From Nemertoderma westbladi (lineage: Eukaryota; Animalia; Xenacoelomorpha), in assembly GCA_032718475.1 (NCBI GenBank), contig JAUCBJ010006769.1, forward strand, positions 47,901 to 111,900: 64,000 nucleotides of DNA, read 5' to 3'. This document shows positions 11,220-20,924 of the stretch, piece by piece; positions within the stretch are counted from its first letter, which is position 1; each line of letters starts with the position of its first letter. The notes beneath the pieces are model-generated. The model saw only the letters and a program-made list of their open reading frames with translations. It was not told where the DNA came from and made no database searches. Position numbers and translations under genes: made by a program.

Positions 11220-12413
11220 CGCTTGTGTCCTTTTGGGCTCCTCCCCGAGGCGCACCCATGAGGCGGACACCTTTCCACCACCCCTGGGGCCAGTCCGACA
11301 GATGTTATTATCAGACCGGGCCGGAGGGTGGCCTGATGCTTCCCGGGTTCTGTTTTCGGTCCCCCGATCACACCAGCACAGCTCGTCGAACGTGTAGCCA
11401 GATGGGCGGCTACTGTCAACTTACTGTGGCCTGACTGTACATTGAGCCAACTCAAAGTATAACAAAGAGTCAACCGGCAGGTGGACCAGTCGATAGCGAT
11501 CGAGCACCAAGGTCGCCCTTGGGCCTAACCGACGGTCTTGTCCCATGTGGGCTTGCGCTACCCAACATGGAATATTGACACGTTTTCACCTGCCTCGCCG
11601 GCAGTATTGAGGGGACACCGTTCCTCAACAATACTGACTAGCTCGAAAGCTAGAAACAAGTAACCACTTACCCGTCCTGTACACGTGTACTCAACAGATG
11701 TTCACGAAATCAAGTACACTACGGTAAACACAAATCTGACACATACCATGCACACACAGAGGACATAATCGGGTAAAGACAAAATCGGGGTCAAAATCAG
11801 AAGGGACAAATTGTATCGATCGGAGGCAAATCGAGAGTACCTTACTTTGCCGTCAGGGCAAAATAACTTTGTGTGCACAAAGTATGCTGGGGTGCAGTAA
11901 AGTATGGTCCTACTAATACCAGCGGCGTCTTGTCCAACTGGTAAGGGTTCCCATACCCACTCGCAGTGGCCACACATACAATCACATGTACTCACGTACC
12001 CACAGCAACAGAAAGCTCAAAGCCCGACGGTTTATTCCAATGCCACCAAAGACCAATCAGCTGAACATGGAGACAATAACATATAGTATCAAAAAAACGG
12101 AACAGCTGATGGTCAATGGAACCATCCAAGCCCCAAGCAAACTGCCACTGATCGCCCACATACAAAACATAGTCCACGCCACATGAACCACAAATCACGC
12201 CATGCCACCACCCCTACTGTGTACAGGACTGGCAGTACGGCAACAGGCCGACTAGACGGTACCACGGCACCATGGCAATTCATGGTTCGTTAGACACGAG
12301 GGCCTTAAGTATCTCCCTAGCACTATATACCCCAATTTAACGTGCCCCCAGACCCTCACGAGTCCGCCGCCGCCTGTTACAGTCACCCCTATAGAGACCT
12401 CACCTCTTTAGGT
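11220..12413 (-). ncRNA. 1194-nt structured insert interrupting gag; candidate group-I-like self-splicing intron
   Basis: The 5' junction sits at a U-G wobble in a P1-like hairpin and the last nucleotide is G. Excision gives in-frame ...NTPTV|LLKIIGRL.... Many stems and GNRA loops, with no TIR, TSD or long ORF. Confidence 0.55.
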
Positions 12414-15332
12414 AACTGTCGGGGTATTTCCGTAATCCAGTTGTCCAATTGATCTTAAGGTAGTGATAGCGTTCTTAATCTCGTCGGCCAGTTTTAGTAA
12501 GTCGACGGGTTTAGTGATAGCCCCTCCCTTACAGAGTTCTTCTATTACTGACCTGGCCATACTTACTGTACCTCCGTATATCGAAGTCAAACGATCGTAC
12601 GCTAGTTCGAAAGCGTCTGGTACACCGACGAAAGTCTCCGCCAAACGTTTAGGTTCTCCTGACAACGTTTGGAGCAAGTAATTGAACTTCTCTCGTGACG
12701 TAAAGGCGCACACGGCGATCTGGGATTCGATATAGTCTACGAAGGTATGCCAGTGTTTTGAGCTACCGGAGAACTTCGGTGGTTGTTGTACCGGCAATCC
12801 CTGTCTGGCTGCGAATTTCGCTATCTCCTCGGCAACGTTCAGAGTTTCGCGTCCTTGGTTGGTAACCTGGTTGATGTTCTCCCTTCTAGGCGCTTTTCCC
12901 TGATACGATGTGGGGTTTGAAGGTACCGGTCTTTGTGGTCCCTTCGGGTGTCTATTGTGTTCGAATTCGGAATTTCTCGAACTGTCGGTGTAACCTTCCT
13001 CCAGACGTTCCTCGATCTGAGCCAACTTATTGACAACTGGTCGCAGAATGTCGGCGAACTGTTGTGTACTAATTGCGTCCGTTGGTTGTAACGCCTTCTG
13101 TGTTGGTGTATTCTGTGGAGGATTGTCTGCAAAGGAGTTGTCTGAACGCTCGCGTTTATATTCATCGGCCGCCCCTGTTCTAAATACCTCGCGTTTCGGG
13201 TAATCCGATTCGCTCGAAGTACTACTATCATCTGGATATGGTGGTCGACGTGCTCGCGTCCGTTGCGTCGTTCGAATTCTAACGGCTCGTTTCGGAACAT
13301 CGTCCACTGTTCTTCGTTGTTCGGTAGGCTCACAAGTCTTCCTCGAAGTCGTAGATTGCGATGTAAACTGAACCGGTCGCGTATCCACTGTTCTCCGTTG
13401 TTCGGTAGGCTCACAAGTCTTCCTCGAAGTCGTAGATTGCGATGTAAACTGAACCGGTCGCGTATCCACTGTTCTCCGTTGTTCGGTAGGCTCACAAGTC
13501 TTCCTCGAAGTCGTAGATTGCGATGTAAACTGAACCGGTGGGCGAATGACAGCATTTGAAACCGCTGGCCTTATAGGTCGAAACGTCATTGGATAAGCGT
13601 AATGTGTAACGGGTTTAGGTGTCAAAGGTGGACTCACCTGTTTTGTCGTCAGTAGTGCGGGTCCGGTCAATAAACTACTACGATCCGTAATCGGTGGGTT
13701 ACTTACCTTGACTCTCGGAATAGGCGACGACGTTGCTCTTGGCGGTATAAACTCGTTCGGAATAACAAACCTATGTTCCGTCGCACCATGGATAGGAGAA
13801 ATATCACTACTACCCGCAATCGAAACAGGTTCCTTAGTCGTAACCGGTGCAAACATATGAGTTACCTGTGGGAATCGTTGACACACGTCTTTTACTAATT
13901 GTCGTTCCCGTCCGGGTGCTCCTACGCTTCCTTCCTTCTTCCGTTCCTGAATTTGGCGATGTCTTACCTCTAACTGGTCCAAATCATGTCCGTCGCGAGA
14001 TCTCATCGATCGATCGCGGGCTAGAAGATCCAGATTTTCCTTAGTTTCGGCTAATTCTCTCGCCCTCTTCTCAAGTTCGAAACGAAGTTTAACTTCCTTT
14101 TCTCGTTGTTCCGTTTGTTGTTGTTGCGCCTCGAACTCTGCTTGTCGTATCGCTTGTTGGGCTTTTATTTGCCGTGTCTTCATCTCGACTCTGGCTTCCG
14201 AAACTAATCTTTGTCGCTCTAACTCTGCCGCAGCCGTTTGTCGCTCTAACTCTGCCGCTGCCGCTGCCGTTTGTCGCTCTAACTCGGCTGTTGCCGTTCG
14301 TTGCGCTAACTCGGCCGCTGCCGCTTGTTGGGCAATGTCCAACTCTAACCTTTCCATTTCGGCCGCTTCGAGTTCGGCTTGTTCCTGCAGATGAGAGATT
14401 CTCGCTACATTCGCAACACGTATTTTCTCTTCCTCTACTGCTGTTTGTATCATTAGAAGTTGAGCTTGTTCTTCCATCTCGTGTTGCTGTCTGTAGAACT
14501 GTTGCTGTTGTCGAGCAACTTCTGACGTGACTATACTTCCCTCGCAGATTTCGCTACGAATACTTACCAATGATTGATTTAGTATTCCCGGTGCCGATTC
14601 GATTTGTGCGAATGGAGTTTCCCTCGTGTATTCCGACACGGTTTCCAAATCGCCGACGTCTTCGCCGCACATGCGTAAGTGGTCCGTCAGGTGTTTTAAT
14701 TGTCCATCCAGTCGGTACAGTTCCTGTTCTTCCTCGGGTTGTAATAATTCGTCCGAAACTGACTCACCTAACAACTGGTCCGCTTGTTCCTGTTGTATCT
14801 GTCTAATCGTCGACTTAAACTGAATCAGTTTCTCTCTAGTGATCATTAGTTTCTCGAGGATTCTAAGTTGAGTATCCATGTCCTGTCTCTGTCTAGCTAG
14901 ATCTTGTAGGCCAACTAGATTATCTACGGACTTATATACTTTACTCTGTACTCTAACCTGGAGGGTGTAGAACTCGAATCGAGACATCGGAGCGGTCAAC
15001 CCGTCTAATATGCGTTGGCCTTCTCCAATGCTCCTGGTTATATGCGCCATATATCCTCCGACGCTTCTAACCACACTTTCTGTGCTTCCTGCTGAACTTA
15101 CCAATTCCGTTTCCCTATGTCTAGGTTGCGGAACAGTTAGAAAGTCCTCGGTCCTGCCGTCGCCTCGTACTACGGCATCCGGTACTCCCGTTGGATGTAC
15201 TGGTGACGCACACGGTGTAGGTTCGGTAGGCTCGCGAGTCTTCACCTGTTGTTCTTCCGCTGCTGACTTATCTCCGTCACACGAGTCATAGTCGGTTTGT
15301 GTATTCTTCGTATAGTCTTGTTTGTCACTCAT
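12414..15332 (-). CDS. gag: Gag N-terminal part (coiled coil, Pro/Thr-rich repeats, first half of Pao capsid DUF1759-like domain); putative exon 1
   Basis: 974-aa ORF. Its C-terminus PPKFSGSSKHWHTFVDYIESQI...EKFNYLLQTLSGEPKRL...AFELAYDRLTSIYGG is typical BEL/Pao capsid. The ORF stops abruptly at LDYGNTPTVT*. Confidence 0.9.
13304..13537 (-). repeat. 81-bp in-frame tandem repeat (about 3 copies) in gag
   Basis: PVQFTSQSTTSRKTCEPTEQRRTVD(TR) repeated three times. Confidence 0.95.
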
Positions 15333-15412
15333 TTCGGTAGTTGTAAGTCAAGTGAAGTGAGTGTCAAAGTATCGAGTTTACCGTATTTGTATAAGACGGT
15401 ACTAATTACAGT

Positions 15413-15545
15413 CATATAAAATTAGCCTACCGGCCGATTTTATAGCAGATGGATAAAATTAGCCTAAACGGCCAATTTTACAGCAAATAAATGTCACGGG
15501 ATAAGTATATAATAAAATTAGCCTAGCGGCCAATTTTATAACAAA
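15413..15545. repeat. Three copies of a ~30-nt motif in the 5' leader of the retrotransposon
   Basis: ATAAAATTAGCCTA(N1-3)CGGCCRATTTTAYAGCA at ~15415, ~15453 and ~15512. Confidence 0.8.
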
Positions 15546-16168
15546 TAAATCGGATAACGATATGCGTTATCAAAAGGTAAATTAAATACAATAATACGGA
15601 CTAATTCAGCAATGAACAAAGAAATCATACGTAATGCATAAATACTTGAGACAGTGGAACCCACAATAATTTTAACTAATACGGTAATGCCTAACTTATT
15701 TATGCAACTTTTCGAACTCACCCACTCCAATAATTCTCCAGAAAAACAGATTCCCAGATACAAACCGAACGTGAACCTTTCCGTTTTTAACGTTGCGGAC
15801 GAAACGCGATTTTCCCAACCAAAGTTGTTGAGTTATCTATCTCCCAAACTTGCTAAACACGGTCTTGCTCCCGTTACAGTCTAGAAATGAGTTCTGAATC
15901 CTGAAAAAACAAAAGAGTTAGGTTTTACTTTTACGAAAAATTTTGTACCGGTACAATATGGTATTTAAACCCTTTTTAAACACCGGTATTCAATTCCAAA
16001 AATATTTTACACGCGGTTCAAATCAAATTTTATTTCAAAAAATTAGCACTTAGCTAATCAAATACAAATTTTTACCTCAAAATACAAAATTTTCAAATAA
16101 CTTTAGTCCTACCGAACCGTAGTTCAGTAAAGCATATTCCTACTAAATTAGGAAATATGTTATAATAA

Positions 16169-16180
16169 TCATATTCCTAC
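16169..16180 (-). other. Primer-binding-site position, complementary to the element's own LTR rather than to a tRNA 3' end
   Basis: Sense GTAGGAATATGA directly follows the 5' LTR, with no TGG. Its exact complement TCATATTCCTAC occurs on the sense strand at 17243-17232. Confidence 0.6.
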
Positions 16181-17680
16181 TAAATTGGAGAGATACGCCT
16201 ATTCCTACTATCGGAAGAGACGGTAACAATACCTGCAATATCCTACTGTAAAGTTTGTAAATCAAATCATAAATCCGACCTTCTCACCAAAACAGTAAAC
16301 CCTAAGTAAGCGAATATATTGCAGTATCGATCTCTTTTAACCGGTGAGGCAGAAAACAGTCTACGAGCAGACAAACTTCGATAAAACAAAATCCCGCGCA
16401 GCGAATCCTAAAATCAGGCTGACTCACTGACGGACTAAGGGGCTCGTATACTTTGCCGCGGTGTGATTTATATGGTTGGGCAAAGGGACGCTAGCTAGGT
16501 ATAGAGCAGATTTGGAGATGGCTAACTAGCGAGCAAAGTGCAGTAAGGACGAAAGTTAATTTTATATATTTCGAGGTGTAAATAATTTCTAACGCGCGTG
16601 TGTTAATTCTGAACGGTCAAAACAGTTTTGCTCCTTCACATATATAATTACTGGGTACGGTGTGCATTTTACGAATATTCTAATTTTATAACTTGTAGGT
16701 CCAATACTCACGAATGATAAGGTTCCTTCCCCTCTTGCGTATTTCCAGGACTCAAATTCAGGCATAAGGTTAATACTACGCCCAGAATTCGGCAATTTTA
16801 GGTACCAGGTCCCTGATACTAAGAAGAGATGTGTTAGTTTACTACTGTAGGCGTACAGGTACTAATAGCTATCCTGGCTCCTATCTAGAATTTTAGTCAC
16901 CCAGGTAGTCCGGGTAACTTCCTATTAGGGCGTTGGCGGGGACACGGTAGATGTTAGTATATCCCTGATAGCCTCAATTTATTTGCGCCTAGCGTAAACT
17001 GCCCTACCGCCTGAACGGTACAATCCCAATTCAGGTGAAAACACAGCAACCCCCCTAGCCTACAAGTTCTGATGTAATAGACACGGTCGTACTGCAAATA
17101 GTCGCACACACACCTGTACTTAGCAAGAGTTAAGCGTACAGTTTGCTGCACCCTAACCAATGTGTATGCCTTGTACCGGTGTGCCTACGTCCTATCTGCG
17201 TACTAGTATCTGCTCTCTCTCCTCCCCCCCCGTAGGAATATGAAGGTCTACTGCGGTTTTTCCCTGAATCAAGACAGTACAGTCCCTATGATGTAATTTT
17301 AGGCTTGCAGCGTGTCACTACGTCTACCTTTGTATCTTTTGGTCTTACACTTAGGTAGCAAGGATCGAACGCTGTCTAACCTTTCAGGCGATGGGCGAAT
17401 AACTAGATGGTATTGCGGGTTGTCTCTCGTCTACATTCCCGTGATGTTCCCGTTCATTGCTGTGGCCCGATCTCTAGCTGGCCATCCTGTCCCTGAGTTT
17501 GTTCACCGTAGTGAAACCATATTAAAACAGATAGAAAAGCTGAGAGATGTGACTAGTATTTTTGACTTTATTACAAAACATATAATAACTATTATACAAT
17601 AAACAATGTAATCTGAAATAAGACAGAAAGTGAATGATGGAAATTGAGATTAGTAATTGATAACTAATGAACGAATCGCA

Positions 17681-17832
17681 CCTTTATATACTAAATTTGT
17701 GCCGCAATCAATCGAGAAAATTCTCGATTGTTCTATGGGTTCTAACAAGGTTTTAAAGATAGCTTATTGGTCCAGCTAATATATAACTTGCACGACATTG
17801 GTTACAATCAAATAACTACAGCCTTATTGGTA
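17681..17832 (-). promoter_or_regulatory. Putative LTR Pol II promoter (three CCAAT boxes followed by TATATAAAGG); same in the 3' LTR at 3101-3252
   Basis: Plus-strand ATTGG at ~17766, ~17797 and ~17826, and CCTTTATATA at 17681-17690. A sense AATAAA lies about 110 nt downstream (~17567-17572). Confidence 0.5.
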
Positions 17833-17887
17833 CAGACAAATGCAATTAATTTGTAGCGGTTAATTTAAATGAGTTGAAATTCTGCAC

Positions 17888-17974
17888 AAAAAATAATTCG
17901 CACTTACTAGGATTCGAACTCGATACCTACTACACTTATAATTTCCAACGCTCTACCAACTGAGCTACTGAACC
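17888..17974 (-). ncRNA. tRNA-like Pol III unit inside the 5' LTR
   Basis: Sense GGTTCAGTAGCTCAGTTGGTAGAGCG (A box/D arm) ... GAGTTCGAATCC (B box) ... TTTTTT terminator. The cloverleaf is otherwise degenerate. Confidence 0.6.
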
Positions 17975-19305
17975 ACTTGACCGATAGATACATAATAGAT
18001 AGAACCAATACTAATGAGAACTCAAAGTAATCTTTACAAAGTTAATTCGAATAAAATAAAATTTTGAAAATCCACGGCATTTAGGGAATATAATTCTATA
18101 AGTACAATTAAACCCTAACAGGTGTCATATGACTCCTAATTAGGGTTTAATTGATTATCCTAATTAATCAGACTGGTTAGCGCCCTGACACACAATGGGT
18201 CATCAGTGATGTCTAACTGTCGCAGAGCCGGCTCAAGAGGGTGTCATAAGTGACACCGCAGCTCTTTTATTCATTAATACTTATTTATTTGTACCTAATT
18301 TTAATTAATTATTTGTATTCTATTTGACTTTATTTATTCATTTTAAATTAATTATTCATTTGTACTTTATTTTAAATTAATTAACTGTATTACTTTTATT
18401 TTATACATTGATTTCTATTTTTAGATTAATTGGTTTTTATATTACTTACCGCTACTAAATGAGATCATTATTGGAAACATCTAACCATAGACTTGCAGCC
18501 TTATTTAGCCCTAGGGTATACAGCTCCCCTACTGGTAACTATTTTGGAGTTAATGTTAGCAAAGGGCCCAAACTTAAGACAAGCTATCGCCTAGGTTACC
18601 AGTTACGCATGAATGAGCAATTTATCGGGGCCCCTCTTAAAATTCTTTGTGCTGCGTCAGGATTGCCTCATTTAAGGAAGCCGCATCCCTATCGATAATC
18701 TAATTATGGTAGCGCTAACCATTTTTAGTATACTGTATAATTAAATAGGGCCCTCTCTTAATACATAAGTTTATAAATATATATATATACAGTTTATCTT
18801 CAATTTAATCTGTTTTTATTTACAACCCTAATTGTTCTACTGTAATTTATGTTTTATAATAACAAGTTATATCCGGTTAATCCGTATTAATTTTCTTTGT
18901 ACTGAGGTTATCGAGGGCGCTCTTTCCAATGGTCCTATTCTCAAAACGATCTAACCTACTGTATAATTAATTACTTAAGACTGCGAGGTTGCGTAATTAA
19001 CACATCTCATTTACCAGTTTTCCTTAAAAACTATGAAGTTATATTGCTCAAGAGTTCTAAGGGGCGAGCCATGAGGCAAGATGTTTGAGACTTATTTAGA
19101 TATATTATTACTTAATTTTGACCCCCAATCGGCATCTACTACGGCATAGGCTATATCTTTTGCAGAGTCACAGAGTAGTATGAAGTTCCCCCGTCTGCCG
19201 CTAGAGGGCGAAATATCTCAAAGTGAAAACCATACGATAGCCATGAATTGGTTACTAGGCAATAATACTGCATTTTGCAACGTTAGGCCTATTGCTGACC
19301 GAACG

Positions 19306-19389
19306 AAAACTGCCCTGGTTCATGCAGGGATCGAACCCATGACATACGGGAGATGTGAATTCAACGCAACCACTACACCAAGGTGGAAC
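19306..19389 (-). ncRNA. tRNA-like A/B-box sequence in the left Polinton arm
   Basis: Reverse complement reads TGGTGTAGTGG ... GGGTTCGATCCC ... TTTT. Confidence 0.5.
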
Positions 19390-19451
19390 AGTAACCGTCG
19401 AATTTGTTCGTTGACGTTCGAATTTATAAGACTCTCATTTAAGACCTGACA

Positions 19452-20345
19452 CAGACTATGCCTCACTGAGACATAGACTATGCCTCACTGAGGCATAGAC
19501 TATGACTCACTGAGGCACTGAGGCATAGACTATGCCTCACTGAGGTATAGACTATGACTCACTGAGGCATAGACTATGCCTCACTGAGGTATAGACTATG
19601 CCTCACTGAGGCATAGACTATGACTCACTGAGGCATAGACTATGACTCACTGAGGCACTGAGGCATAGACTATGCCTCACTGAGGCATAGACTATGACTC
19701 ACTGAGGCATAGACTATGACTCACTGAGGCACTGAGGCATAGACTATGCCTCACTGAGGCATAGACTATGACTCACTGAGGCATAGACTATGACTCACTG
19801 AGGCATAGACTATGCCTCACTGAGGCATAGACCATGACTCGCTGAGGCACTGAGGCATAGACTATGCCTCACTGAGGCATAGACTATGCCTCACTGAGGC
19901 ACTGAGGCATAGACTATGACTCACTGAGGCATAGACTATGCCTCACTGAGGCACTGAGGCATAGACTATGACTCACTGAGGCATAGACTATGCCTCACTG
20001 AGGCATAGACTATGCCTCACTGAGGCACTGAGGCATAGACTATGCCTCACTGAGGCATAGACTATGCCTCACTGAGGCATAGACTATGCCTCACTGAGGC
20101 ACTGAGGCATAGACTATGACTCACTGAGGCATAGACTATGCCTCACTTAGGCATAGACTATGCCTCACTGAGGCATAGACCATGCTTCACTGAGGCACTG
20201 AGGCATAGACTATGCCTTACTGAGGCACTGAGGCATAGACTATGCCTCACCGAGGCACTGAGGCATAGACTATGCCTTACTGAGGCACTGAGGCATAGAC
20301 TATGACTCACTGAGGCATATACTATGCCTCACTATGCCTCACTAT
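19452..20345 (+). repeat. Tandem array of a palindromic 22-bp unit (CACTGAGGCATAGACTATGCCT) with interspersed 8-bp CACTGAGG duplications
   Basis: Read directly. Each unit contains TGAGGCATAG-A-CTATGCCTCA. Confidence 0.97.
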
Positions 20346-20924
20346 GGATGGGCTTTACCACTGTACTCGCATCTGCTGTCTCATTGGCTGCTCGATGCCT
20401 CCGATTAAGGGTCTAAGGTCTTCAAGCTGATCATTTGCTTAGTTCTCTAATTGGAGGGAGGTGAGTTCGAACCCTGGAAGCGCATTATTCTTTTTCCTAG
20501 CTCTTGGTTAACTCTAGTATACACTATCTTTGACTCTCCCAGCTATAGTGATAGTATGCAACCTTGGGAGTTAATGCGTTGTCTTACGAGTAAAGGCCAA
20601 GAGATTAGACTTCAGGTTGCCTCTATTGGTTCATTCTTCTTAACTTTATAAAATAACTCAACCCGTATTTAAAGTTTTAAAAATTATGACTTAGTCGACT
20701 AATTTTCCAAAGTATATTATAAAAACATATAATTTCTTGAATAAATAGACCTAATAGTAATAAATATTGTGGGGTAAATACATTTATAATACTAATATAA
20801 TTATTATGGATAAATAGTCCTAATACTAATATAATTGTTATGGATAAATAGTCCTAATACTAATATAATTGTTTTGGATAAATAGCCCTAATACTATTAT
20901 GAAAGGAACTCAAACAAACAAATG

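Larger units (their letters stand above)
1601..18100 (-). mobile_element. BEL/Pao-family LTR retrotransposon, full length, lacking RT and RNase H
   Basis: Direct repeats 1601-3520 and 16181-18100. 5-bp TSD AGTAC (1596-1600, 18101-18105), confirmed by the empty site in the opposite arm. Internal ORFs carry Pao-type capsid (DUF1759-like), triple Cys/His knuckles, protease and DDE integrase. Confidence 0.95.
16181..18100 (-). repeat. 5' LTR (1920 bp)
   Basis: Copy of 1601-3520. Sense-strand ends are TATAGAATT...CTCCAATTTA. Confidence 0.97.
18106..20345 (+). repeat. Left inverted arm of the Polinton-like element (continues 1413-1600 after the LTR insertion)
   Basis: Reverse complement of ~22434-24650. 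Paired spurious ORFs 18459-18698/24066-24305 and 19180-19449/23324-23593 are nearly identical, with scattered substitutions. Confidence 0.95.

Noticed and set aside
11220-11270. GTG start of the 1319-aa ORF as a true initiation site
   Set aside because: The first 17 codons lie within the insert's terminal stem, and capsid similarity resumes only at LLKIIGRL.
11600-11660. Hammerhead ribozyme on the plus strand (CTGACTAGCTCGAAAGCTAGAAAC)
   Set aside because: Lacks the CUGANGA core spacing; better explained as the reverse complement of a simple hairpin in the insert.
11220-12416. Spliceosomal intron, group II intron or solo LTR explanations for the gag insert
   Set aside because: GT at 12416 with the nearest AGs gives the wrong frame or a stop and there is no pyrimidine tract. 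No GUGYG start or domain V. An AGTTA start has no matching TAACT end or TSD.
19452-20345. CRISPR-like palindromic repeat array
   Set aside because: Units are directly adjacent with no unique spacers, the context is eukaryotic and there are no cas genes.
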